A stretch of DNA of 64,000 nt from a bacterium (GTDB taxonomy: Bacteria; Patescibacteriota; Minisyncoccia; Moranbacterales; GWC2-37-73). Shown piece by piece: positions 40,489 to 49,418 of this stretch. Location of the stretch: contig QKEW01000008.1 of the NCBI GenBank assembly GCA_003251635.1, forward strand, positions 33,489-97,488. The letters are read 5' to 3'. The position numbers were made by a program, and so were the translations under genes. How positions within the stretch are numbered: the stretch's first letter is position 1; every line of letters begins with the position of its first letter. The notes beneath the pieces were generated by a model. That model did not search any database, was not told where the DNA came from, and saw nothing but the letters and a program-made list of their open reading frames with translations.

Positions 40489-41244
40489 TTATATATTTTT
40501 AATTTCTAACTCTTTAGAGCCTCTCCATGCCAATTCAAAAACAAGTTTCTGAAATTTTGCATATTCATATGATTCAATGAGCATTCCAAACATTTCAGTT
40601 CCATAGGTTGCCACTGCAACCTTATTGCCATATATGTTCACTTCTACATCAATAGGAAAATCTTCTTCGGAAAGTAAGCGTCCTTCGCGCAATTGCTCCT
40701 CATTCTTAACTATATACGGAATTATTTCCTGGACTGCTTTGTAAATCCCGCGAAATTTTATTCCTTTTTCAATTCTTCTTTTAACATAATCTTCTGTATA
40801 TTCCGGCAAATGTTGTGTTATTCCCTCTCCCACATACCCTATAATCTCATCACCTTTTTTAAGACTTTTCAAGCTGTCTTCATACATTTCCCTTATACCC
40901 TCTTTGCCTTCGAAGTATTGGATGAACGGTTTTGATTTGGGAGCGTTATACAAATTCTGTAAAAGAGGCATAGCCTTGTGAATTCTTTCAATTCGCTCTC
41001 TTTGCCTATCTATAAGAGAAAGCGGATCAGCCGGGGAATAATATGACGTCTTACCTTTGATGCTTTTGTGAACCAAGCCGTCTTTCATCAATGAATTGAT
41101 GACGTCATAAGCCGTGGGCCTCTTAATTCCCGCCTTTTTGGCAATCAGATAGGCTGTCGCCCCGCCCAACTCCAAACAAGCCAGATAGACTTCTGCTTTC
41201 TTACCGTCAATGCCTATTTCTTCCAAAATTTTCTCTATTTTCAT
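40489..41244 (-). CDS. TrmB-family transcriptional regulator
   Basis: VYLACLELGG..IKRPTAYD; close paralog of 52500-53249. Confidence 0.9.
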   Translation of the reverse strand: MKIEKILEEIGIDGKKAEVYLACLELGGATAYLIAKKAGIKRPTAYDVINSLMKDGLVHKSIKGKTSYYSPADPLSLIDRQRERIERIHKAMPLLQNLYNAPKSKPFIQYFEGKEGIREMYEDSLKSLKKGDEIIGYVGEGITQHLPEYTEDYVKRRIEKGIKFRGIYKAVQEIIPYIVKNEEQLREGRLLSEEDFPIDVEVNIYGNKVAVATYGTEMFGMLIESYEYAKFQKLVFELAWRGSKELEIKNI

Positions 41245-41495
41245 ATTTATTCGTCATCATCCGACTACACTATCTTAGAAAATTATACCTTATTTGTCAA
41301 TATTAAGAGCATTTTTATTCATATCCTATAATTTTTGTCGATATAGATTGAATATATTTTATTTCTGTCGCATACTTGCTTGTTGCGCACAGATTGGGAG
41401 TGAACTTTAACAACATAAGGAAGAATAACATGGACACCAAAATCTTATTGGAAGCAATGCCAAAAAACAACAAGATTCATCAGAAGGAGTGAACT

Positions 41496-41687
41496 ACGAC
41501 CGAAAAAGAAAAACTAAAAGAAATAAAAGAAGCAGCTAAAGGCTTTATTTCAGCTGCCATTGTTGTAATGTTAGTAGTAATCTGCCTAAGCAGGTATTTT
41601 CCTCAATCTGACTTATTTTTTGTAGGCATAATTTTTATAGGTTCCTTTCTGGGATCCTTGCTGAGCAAAATTTTTGAGAAAGATTAG
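41496..41687 (+). pseudogene. Paralog of 37812-38009 with ACG in place of ATG
   Basis: AGGAG RBS then ACG-TEKEKLKEIKEAAK...GSLLSKIFEKD vs MTDKERLQELRETAQ...GSLLGKIFEED. Confidence 0.65.
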
Positions 41688-41716
41688 GTTCGCAAACAAC
41701 AAAAAGGAGACTAATC

Positions 41717-42268
41717 ATGATCAGAAAAAATGTTAGCCTTATTTTCCTAAATAAACAATCTAAAAAAGTTAGCAACAGAGAAGCGACGAGAAAAAAGCAG
41801 ATTCTAAGCGGCGAAGACAATTTTCGTCCACTAACAGCTCAGACGATAATAGCACATGCAAAAACACGGGCTAAAAAAGGAAAACGACCTTCTATGGCTT
41901 ACTATGGCACTGCCAATCCGCGCGAAGCTTACAAAAAAGCTATTGAGCTGGTCCGTAATGAAAAAGAAATATTTCACATAAGTGATCTATTGTCTATTTA
42001 TCATATGAGAATACTAGCCCTGCGCGGGGTGATCGCACTCTATCAAGGTATTCATTTCTTAAGTGATAAGCGGCCGCTTACATGTGATCTGGGAAGCAAG
42101 GAGCTCTATAAATGTTTACGCAGACACCTCAGATCAGAACTTCCATTTCTCAAAGAAATTGTAATTCCCGAAATTAGCTCAATGGAGGAAGCGAGACAAT
42201 GGATCACATTGCTCGAAAATGAATACGGGGCCCTCCATGAAGTTTCACGTATAAAAAACAGTGGGTAA
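41717..42268 (+). CDS. Hypothetical protein
   Basis: AAGGAG RBS; FHISDLLSI...YQGIHFL motif. Confidence 0.7.
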   Translation: MIRKNVSLIFLNKQSKKVSNREATRKKQILSGEDNFRPLTAQTIIAHAKTRAKKGKRPSMAYYGTANPREAYKKAIELVRNEKEIFHISDLLSIYHMRILALRGVIALYQGIHFLSDKRPLTCDLGSKELYKCLRRHLRSELPFLKEIVIPEISSMEEARQWITLLENEYGALHEVSRIKNSG

Positions 42269-42530
42269 ACTGTCTAAACTAATTACCCAAAGCCTGCGAT
42301 CCCCACGCATTAAAATCTCTCGGCTCGCAAAGTGGCAAAAAGAATTCGATGAAATGGAAGACCAAACAATCAAGAATGTAGGGGATTTGAATTATATCAG
42401 CGATCTCAATGCTGCTCTGGAAATCCTAAACAGTGATCCACTACTGCACATAAAAACTGCCGTCGCCTCTTTTATTGAGAAAAAGCAGAGAAGAATCGAA
42501 GATATATTCGATACCACAAAATTAACCTGA
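42261..42530 (+). CDS. Hypothetical protein
   Basis: Overlapping start; followed by terminator-like hairpin 42551-42578. Confidence 0.5.
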   Translation: MGKLSKLITQSLRSPRIKISRLAKWQKEFDEMEDQTIKNVGDLNYISDLNAALEILNSDPLLHIKTAVASFIEKKQRRIEDIFDTTKLT

Positions 42531-42643
42531 AAAAATCTCTTAAAATTTAAGCCGGAGCGTAAACGCCCCGGCTTTTTCTTATTATTTGCATCTTGTCTAA
42601 CTAAAAAATTCTTTACTTGAAACAAAAACTGCCGCTTGAGCTG

Positions 42644-42706
42644 CTTAGTTAATACGGCCTGCCCCGTAGTAATTTGTACTCAAATTTACTGCTGGGGTTA
42701 GAACTG
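42644..42706. repeat. Module-boundary repeat, copy 3, with 40-nt hairpin insertion at 42658-42697
   Basis: CTTAGTTAATACGG|insert|TTAGAACTG. Confidence 0.8.
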
Positions 42707-42731
42707 GATTTATGAAAAAAGAGCTTGTTGT

Positions 42732-43577
42732 TTAAGCATTATTATTAAAAATCACTGCATAACCTCCAACTTTCACCTTTTCGCTAATTGATACATACAT
42801 CTTTCCGCCCTTTCCCATGCAATAGCCTTGTTCGATGATAAAGTTATTTTTGTCTAAGATTTTGTGTCTTACTGCATAAGCCCCTAGTGCACCTCCAGCC
42901 ACACCAGTTATGGGATCCTCATTAATTCCAGCTGCTGGATTAAATTGTCTTGCATGAAAATCAGAATCTTCGTCTTTGGTTTCAAGCGTGAACGGATAAA
43001 AACCTTTCACATTATGTTCCTTGCAATACATTTTAATTCCTTCCAAATCTGGTTTTATATCAAATAACACTTCCATCGAATTAACAGCAATCATTAATTT
43101 TGGAGTTCCGGTTGATACCGTTTGAATAGGATAATTAGCTAGTTCTTTTTCAGATACACCAAGCAACTTCACTATTTCGTTTTTATTGTGGCTATCCTCC
43201 GAAAATTGTGGACTAGCTTGATCCATAATTATCATGCCATCTTCACTGATTTTAATAGGTAGTACTCCCGCCTTAGTTTCTATCATTATGCTTTTTTCGT
43301 TCAAGTTTCCTAAATTAATTTTATTCTCTTTCCACGAGGCATAGACTGCAGCAATTGTAGCATGCCCACATAAATCTACTTCTTGAGTCTGGCTAAAATA
43401 TCTAATTTTGAAATCAGCCCTATTTGATTTTAACACAAAGGCTGATTCTGAAAATCCTAAATCTCTGGCAATTTCAATCATTTGGTTATCTTGTAAATTA
43501 TCAGCTTCAAAAATAACACCCGCTGGGTTGCCTTGACTTTTATCCTTTGTAAATGCTTTGACTAAAATTATGTTCAT
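42732..43577 (-). CDS. PhzF-family epimerase/isomerase
   Basis: GNPAGV, GFSESAF, EVDLCGHAT, EDPITG, EQG. Confidence 0.9.
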   Translation of the reverse strand: MNIILVKAFTKDKSQGNPAGVIFEADNLQDNQMIEIARDLGFSESAFVLKSNRADFKIRYFSQTQEVDLCGHATIAAVYASWKENKINLGNLNEKSIMIETKAGVLPIKISEDGMIIMDQASPQFSEDSHNKNEIVKLLGVSEKELANYPIQTVSTGTPKLMIAVNSMEVLFDIKPDLEGIKMYCKEHNVKGFYPFTLETKDEDSDFHARQFNPAAGINEDPITGVAGGALGAYAVRHKILDKNNFIIEQGYCMGKGGKMYVSISEKVKVGGYAVIFNNNA

Positions 43578-44018
43578 AAGTTCTTTTTTTATTATTTTAA
43601 TTGATTATTTTGATTAAAACAAACCCGTATTGTAATACTGAATCTTGAGGAAAACTAGTAAGGCAATACAGCTCGAACCAGAAATAAAGCCTTACTCAAA
43701 CAATGCAAAATTTTATATAAAAACTTTTCCAACGAAAAAAAAGGCTTAGGTAAGCCTCTATTCGGTGATCATAATTAGTAATCAGAATTGAACCTAAAAA
43801 ATGCTTTGTTTGAAATAAAAATGACACTGTGAGCTGTTTTTACGCTCAAGCTCGAACTTTTTTTGAAAAGAATTTTTAATTTTCCGCTCGGGCGGGCAAA
43901 AAGGGAAAGGGTCTGGGAAAAGGAATTTTTGCCCGCCCTCGCTTTCCGAATCCGATTTTTCCGCCGCCGCCGAATTTCGTGCCAATTTCATTGGCGCGCC
44001 GATCTTATTTTATTAAAA

Positions 44019-44447
44019 CTAATCCAAAAAGTTAGTTCCGGTTTTAATTGCAAAAGATGTTAAGAATAAAAGACCGCCAAAAAAGCATACTTTTGAAAAA
44101 GTACCGCACCATGAAAAAATCAGCTGTTTTCTACTCATTTTTTTCTCTAATAAATTTTTTGGGTCAGGTTTACCAAGATACCGTATCGGATCAAGATGAA
44201 TATATTCCATATGAAATTCATTTCTAATTATAGAGCTTAGCAAAGTCAGTAAAAAATAAATCCAAGAGGTAATCAATATCCATTCATTTGAAATTATTTT
44301 TTCTTGTAAATCAACACTTTTTAAATATCCTAGATAAGTAATACTAAGAACCACAGCCCCACCACTCAAATAAGCAAGATTGTTATAGAAACCAATAAAG
44401 TTTTTCATGCTGTCTCTTAGCTCTTTTCTAATTTCGTGCTGATCCAT
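44019..44447 (-). CDS. Hypothetical membrane protein (element cargo)
   Basis: 3 hydrophobic segments. Confidence 0.7.
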   Translation of the reverse strand: MDQHEIRKELRDSMKNFIGFYNNLAYLSGGAVVLSITYLGYLKSVDLQEKIISNEWILITSWIYFLLTLLSSIIRNEFHMEYIHLDPIRYLGKPDPKNLLEKKMSRKQLIFSWCGTFSKVCFFGGLLFLTSFAIKTGTNFLD

Positions 44448-44502
44448 AGTTTTTTATTGATTATTTCTGATATTTTTTCCCCATCATCTCCATATATAAA
44501 AG

Positions 44503-45165
44503 TCACTCTTTAATAATCATCCATTTTTTCTTTTCATCGCCATACATCACAAAATATATCATCCGTTGTATAACACCAAAATAAATTGGAAATAGGATGA
44601 ACCAACTAAAAAATGACACTATCCAACCCACAATCGTAATTAACCTATGCGAAATATGATCATGTCTCACTTTAGGATAAATTAATCTCCACGCCATAGA
44701 AATAAACTCTTTAAATCCAGTTTTATTCATTGACTCTCTGTTTTTTGCTTTCCGTATTAAAATTATTAACCGCACTATATCAAAAAATATTCCAAAAAAA
44801 ACAAATGTAATGACTACGCCCCATATAGGGAAAAAATACAAAAATGGCACTCCCACAATAATCCACAAGATTGCAACTCCAAAAAATAAAGATATCAAAT
44901 TGCTATCAAATCTAAACTCATGGGCATCAAGTGCTGCAAGTTTTTTGATATTTTTTATTATCCAATAACCAATCAAACTCAATGACACTCCAGCAAAAAG
45001 AATCCAAATTAAAATATCTGTAAATTTTGAATCTCCTTTTAGAATAACAAAATAAAAAACAAGTGAGAGAATAGTAATTCCAACGCCTACTATAAACGCT
45101 GAATTTGCAATAAACTGCATGCGAGAATACATTTTTTGAATTCTTTCATTAAACATATGTTTCAT
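44503..45165 (-). CDS. Hypothetical membrane protein (element cargo)
   Basis: About 5 hydrophobic segments. Confidence 0.7.
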   Translation of the reverse strand: MKHMFNERIQKMYSRMQFIANSAFIVGVGITILSLVFYFVILKGDSKFTDILIWILFAGVSLSLIGYWIIKNIKKLAALDAHEFRFDSNLISLFFGVAILWIIVGVPFLYFFPIWGVVITFVFFGIFFDIVRLIILIRKAKNRESMNKTGFKEFISMAWRLIYPKVRHDHISHRLITIVGWIVSFFSWFILFPIYFGVIQRMIYFVMYGDEKKKWMIIKE

Positions 45166-45190
45166 TAAAAATTTTAATAAATACTAATTG

Positions 45191-46315
45191 CTATTCTTTT
45201 TTGCACTGTTTCTGGTAATATGGAATTGATTTTACAAAATTCAATGCTTTTTCATCTATAAGATCTCCCTCATTTCTTGCTATGACCAATAGAGTTTGAA
45301 ACAATTGCGCAACTTCCTGAGTTTTTGTCATTCTTGATTCTAAGGATTTTTCTTCCTCATCATTTAATACATGGTAAACAAATCTTCCCTCTGAAATAAA
45401 TGCGCTCGCTTCTGCTCTGTAACATCCATCTTCAGAATCAACATCTTCATTATTAGCATACTGAAAAACATGAGTTAATTCATGGCGCAATAAAACTGCA
45501 GTCAATAAATCATCTTTTATGCTGTATTTAGGGGAAACTTTTATCAAATACTCATCTAAATTATGAGAGGGAGAGAAAACAAAGACGCCCTCCGCCCCAT
45601 TAATTGCTTTTCCAGATTCCGAGTATTCTATCTTTAAGCAATTTTTGATATTTTCTAAATTATCAGTTATCCCACTGTCTCCGCGCTGTCGATATCTTTG
45701 TATAATTAAATTAAGAGCGCGATTAAATTCATCTGGCATTTCATATCCGCTGTCTCTAACACAATAAACAGGCATCTCGTTAAAAATAATTAACCACTCA
45801 TCATTAATTTTAATGAATTTTCTATATATTCTTTGGGGATACTCTTTTGAGGCAAGGTCAAAAATACTTGTTTCGTCAATATATCCTATATCATTTTTTA
45901 TGATTACTTTGTTTACTTCTGCTATTTTTCCTTTCTTTAAATCATCTAAAAATATCTTTGATCTTTCGTCCTCTGGATTTTGTTGCGCGTACTCAATTAG
46001 TCGTTGCAATACTGATTCCTGCGAATATAAGGCACCTCGTTTTTCAATATACCTTTCTCTGCTTATTTTATGCTTAGATTCTGGAGATAAATAAAGATCG
46101 TATATTTTTCCAAATTCGTTCTTACTTTCCAATTCAAATATTTCATTAAATCTTTTAGCAAGCTTATCTTCGTCACTAATATTTACAGCAGATAGAGATT
46201 GCTCATGTTTGTTTTTTAAAAAAGAAAGGATTTCTACTCCATAAATTTTGATTGTAATAGCCACAATTACAATCAATGCTACGCTCAAAAAATAATTAGC
46301 GCTTTTCTTATTCAT
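45191..46315 (-). CDS. Membrane-anchored protein with HExxH zincin motif
   Basis: N-terminal TM; LRHELTH...E..AF. Confidence 0.7.
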   Translation of the reverse strand: MNKKSANYFLSVALIVIVAITIKIYGVEILSFLKNKHEQSLSAVNISDEDKLAKRFNEIFELESKNEFGKIYDLYLSPESKHKISRERYIEKRGALYSQESVLQRLIEYAQQNPEDERSKIFLDDLKKGKIAEVNKVIIKNDIGYIDETSIFDLASKEYPQRIYRKFIKINDEWLIIFNEMPVYCVRDSGYEMPDEFNRALNLIIQRYRQRGDSGITDNLENIKNCLKIEYSESGKAINGAEGVFVFSPSHNLDEYLIKVSPKYSIKDDLLTAVLLRHELTHVFQYANNEDVDSEDGCYRAEASAFISEGRFVYHVLNDEEEKSLESRMTKTQEVAQLFQTLLVIARNEGDLIDEKALNFVKSIPYYQKQCKKE

Positions 46316-46327
46316 GGTTTTAAAAAA

Positions 46328-46525
46328 TTATTTAATTAATTCATCAACGCTAACCTCGAGCGCTTTAGAAATTTTCTTAAGCGTATCAAGTGTTGGATTC
46401 TGATTTTTTCCAGCTTCAATCTTGATAATTGTGTTATTGGCAACATCAGCCAATCTCGCCAATTTTTCTTGTGATAATCCCTTTGATTCCCGTAATTTTC
46501 GGAGTGTTTTTTGAATATTTGACAT
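46328..46525 (-). CDS. XRE-family HTH regulator
   Basis: LRKLRESKGLSQEKLA...IE.GK..NPTL.TL. Confidence 0.9.
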   Translation of the reverse strand: MSNIQKTLRKLRESKGLSQEKLARLADVANNTIIKIEAGKNQNPTLDTLKKISKALEVSVDELIK

Positions 46526-47083
46526 ACTTATATTGTAGTAGTAGAATTATAGTATTAGTGCTACTTCCTTTCAACTACTTTGATGCTACACCAAAAATCA
46601 AAAATAGTAAACACGAACGGGAGTTATTTTGTGTTGTGTGCGCACGGGTGGGAGGGGCAAACACAACCACCTTTTTCTTGGCGGCGCTTTTCGCAAAGCG
46701 AAAAACGAAATTCGGCGGCGGCGGAAAAATTGGATTCGGAAAGCGAGGGCGGGCAAAAATTCCTTTTCCCAGACCCTTTCCCTTTTTGCCCGCCCGAGCG
46801 GAAAATTAAAAATTCTTTTCAAAAAAAGTTCGAGCTTGAGCGTAAAAACAGCTCCAGACAGAAAATTGCGATTTCGAAAGCGCCAGCGCCCACTCTTTTT
46901 GCGGTTGAAAGCTGGCGTTTTTGTTTTGGAGAGTCCAGTTCATTTGAGCGAAGCTCAAAGTTGAATAAAATTCAACAGCCGATTTTTTGCCTTTTCGCCA
47001 AAGGCGAAAATTCCAAATTTGGAGAATAAAAGAAAGCGCCAATTTTTTGCCCAAAAGCGATTTCAATAATCAAAAAAAACAAT

Positions 47084-48559
47084 ATGAATCAAACCAAAAA
47101 GTTTTTTCTCTATGCCAGAAAATCAACGGATGAAGCGGAAAGGCAAGTTTTGTCCATTGAAGCGCAACTGACCGAAGTTCGGGAATTTGCGCAGAAGGAA
47201 GGAGTTTTCATTGCGCGGGAATTTGTGGAAACAAAGTCCGCCAAAAAGCCAGGGCGGGATGTTTTTGAAAAAATGATTTCTGGCGTTGAGAAAGGCGAAG
47301 CCATGGGAATTTTAGCGTGGCATCCTGATAGATTAGCAAGAAATGCGATTGACGCTGGAAAAATAATAAATTTATTGGATATAGGAAAATTGGAAACGCT
47401 AAAATTCCCGACTTTTTGGTTTGATAAAACTCCACAAGGACTTTTCATGCTCTCTATCGCTTTTGGGCAATCCAAATACTATATTGATAATCTTTCAGAG
47501 AATATCAAACGAGGATTGCGCCAGAAGCTCCGAAATGGCGTCTATCCTGGATTTGCTCCCATTGGATATACAAATGAGCTTCGCAATCATACAATCATCA
47601 AAGACCCCGAGAATTGGCAGCTTGTGGCCAAACTTTTTGAAGAATACGCGACTGGCAAATATACCTTGGAGCAAATCCAAAAATTGGCGCTTTCTTTGGG
47701 CTTGATGAGCCGACGATCAAAAAAGACTTTGTCACTTTCAAGAATCCAAAGAATGTTGAGTAATCCTTTCTATTACGGATTGTTCCAATTCAAAAATGAA
47801 ATTTACGAAGGTAATCACGAGCCAATAATTTCCAAGCAACTTTTTGAAAAAGTGCAACGGATAATGGCGGATCGCGGAAAACCAAGAAAAGAAAAACCAA
47901 ACTATGGCTTTGGATTTCTGGGAATTTTCAAATGCGGAGAATGCGGACGATCCATCACTGCTGAACAGCACATCAAGAAAAGCGGTTTGGTTTTTCGCCA
48001 TTACCGTTGCACCAAAAAGAATGTTGATTGCTCACAAAAATATGTGAGCGAAAAAGACTTGCATTTGCAAATCAATCAGATTTTTCAAAAAGTTGCTTTG
48101 CCTCCTGAATGGCTGTCACCGATTTTAGCTAAACTGGACGAGGAAGAAAAAGAGGTTTCCCAAAAATCCCGCTCTTTCGCCCAAAATATGGAAAAGGAAA
48201 TTTCGGAAATTGAAAACAAAGTTTCACGACTTTTGGATATGCAGTTGGAAAATGAAATAACCCTGGCAGAATACAAAGAGAAAAAAGAAAAACTTCTGAA
48301 TCAAAAAACAGATTTAAAGCAGAAACTTTCGGATTTTGGGCGAAAAGGAAATTATTGGCTCGAACCGATGAGAAATTTCATTTTGTCGGCTCATCAAGCC
48401 AATTCCTTAATACATTCTGAAAATTTGGAAGAGAAGCGAAGCTTCTTGCAAAAAATCGGCTCGAACTGGACTCTCCAAAACAAAAACGCCAGCTTTCAAC
48501 CGCAAAAAGAGTGGGCGCTGGCGCTTTCGAAATCGCAATTTTCTGTCTGGAGCGGGTAA
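47084..48559 (+). CDS. Large serine recombinase (resolvase + recombinase + Zn ribbon + coiled coil)
   Basis: YARKST, DRLARN, NPFYYG, HEPIIS, CGECG...YRC; stop codon lies inside tRNA-Gly. Confidence 0.95.
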   Translation: MNQTKKFFLYARKSTDEAERQVLSIEAQLTEVREFAQKEGVFIAREFVETKSAKKPGRDVFEKMISGVEKGEAMGILAWHPDRLARNAIDAGKIINLLDIGKLETLKFPTFWFDKTPQGLFMLSIAFGQSKYYIDNLSENIKRGLRQKLRNGVYPGFAPIGYTNELRNHTIIKDPENWQLVAKLFEEYATGKYTLEQIQKLALSLGLMSRRSKKTLSLSRIQRMLSNPFYYGLFQFKNEIYEGNHEPIISKQLFEKVQRIMADRGKPRKEKPNYGFGFLGIFKCGECGRSITAEQHIKKSGLVFRHYRCTKKNVDCSQKYVSEKDLHLQINQIFQKVALPPEWLSPILAKLDEEEKEVSQKSRSFAQNMEKEISEIENKVSRLLDMQLENEITLAEYKEKKEKLLNQKTDLKQKLSDFGRKGNYWLEPMRNFILSAHQANSLIHSENLEEKRSFLQKIGSNWTLQNKNASFQPQKEWALALSKSQFSVWSG

Positions 48560-48622
48560 GCAGAATCGAACTGCCGTTTCATCCTTGGCAAGGACGTGTA
48601 ATAGCCACTATACGATACCCGC
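48548..48622 (-). tRNA. tRNA-Gly(GCC)
   Basis: GCGGGTA...TACCCGC-T-CCA, loop TTGCCAA. Confidence 0.95.
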
Positions 48623-48647
48623 CTTCGCTAAAGCTTCGGCGGGCAAG
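48618..48647. repeat. Short REP-like palindrome
   Basis: CCCGCCTTCGCTAAAGCTTCGGCGGG hairpin immediately upstream of tRNA-Gly. Confidence 0.6.
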
Positions 48648-48742
48648 CCCGCCCCAGTCTTAAACCAAGGCTAACTATTTTATTTTTATCTGCAATAAAC
48701 TGTGGGACCAGCAGGATTCGAACCTACGACCAAGCGGTTATG

Positions 48743-49369
48743 CTTCTCACTGCCACTTTCGCAACTTCTTTCGAATTTGTGAGCTGGACTATCCCTTCAC
48801 CCGTAAAACGGGGTCTGCCATCTAGTCTCTACACCTTCTTTGTTTGTACCATAGAATATGGAACATGCAAAGCTTGGCTCGGGATTGTCATAGATATAAA
48901 TATCCTTAGATTTCCCCGAATTTGACAGAATTCACTTGAAAATTACTTTTCAAGCAGCCCTGCAAATATCATTCATGTTATGTTATAATTAAATTATGAA
49001 AAAAATCATAACTTGTACCATTTGCAAAAAGACATTGTCTGGAAAACAAACAAAATTTTGTTCTCCAAAATGCAGAAATAAATCCCTGCAATCCTATCCT
49101 AGCCAACAAATTCGTGGCCTGAAAAGAAAGCGTCTTCTAGTAAAGCTAATGGGTGGATGCTGTTCAATTTGTGGCTATAGTAAAAATTTTGCTGCACTAA
49201 CATTTCATCATTTGAACCCAAAAAAGAAATCTTTCCAATTAGATCTAAGATCCCTATCCAATAGAAAAATGTCTAGGATTGATTCGGAAATGAAAAAATG
49301 CGTCTTGGTTTGCCAAAATTGCCACACAGAATTACATAATCCACAACACAATTTAGAATGAACTTTTTG
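48743..49369 (-). ncRNA. Group I intron (IC3-like), 627 nt, inserted after U33
   Basis: P AATTCGGGGAA, Q AATCCCGAGCC, R GTAGAGACTA, S GATAGTCC; terminal G; IGS GGCTGCTT pairs exon AGGCGGCT with U.G. Confidence 0.9.
48996..49361 (+). CDS. HNH homing endonuclease, antisense within intron L1
   Basis: CSICGY...LTFHH...CVLVCQNCHTELH plus N-terminal CxxC..C...C; TGnTATAAT at 48981-48989. Confidence 0.85.
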   Translation: MKKIITCTICKKTLSGKQTKFCSPKCRNKSLQSYPSQQIRGLKRKRLLVKLMGGCCSICGYSKNFAALTFHHLNPKKKSFQLDLRSLSNRKMSRIDSEMKKCVLVCQNCHTELHNPQHNLE

Positions 49370-49418
49370 AGCCGCCTGCTCTACCACTGAGCTATGGTCC
49401 CAATTCTCTCCTTTTTTG

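Larger units (their letters stand above)
43831..48553. mobile_element. Serine-recombinase integrative element at the tRNA-Gly 3' end with internal inverted attP copy
   Basis: GAGC at both ends; 43831-43980 is inverted at 46705-46854 (149/150); 48463-48553 is inverted at 46851-46941 (91/91). Confidence 0.85.
48703..49401 (-). tRNA. tRNA(CAT), probably Ile2, split by a group I intron (exons 49370-49401 and 48703-48742)
   Basis: Joined exons give GGGACCATAGCTCAGTGGTAGAGCAGGCGGCT^CATAACCGCTTGGTCGTAGGTTCGAATCCTGCTGGTCCCA. Confidence 0.9.

Noticed and set aside
41430-41687. TGA read-through or recoded genetic code
   Set aside because: Conserved genes such as infB end in TGA and long ORFs are intact under code 11
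46429-47066. Several ORFs over the central repeats (and 43794-44063)
   Set aside because: Translations of the inverted repeats; better explained as cis DNA
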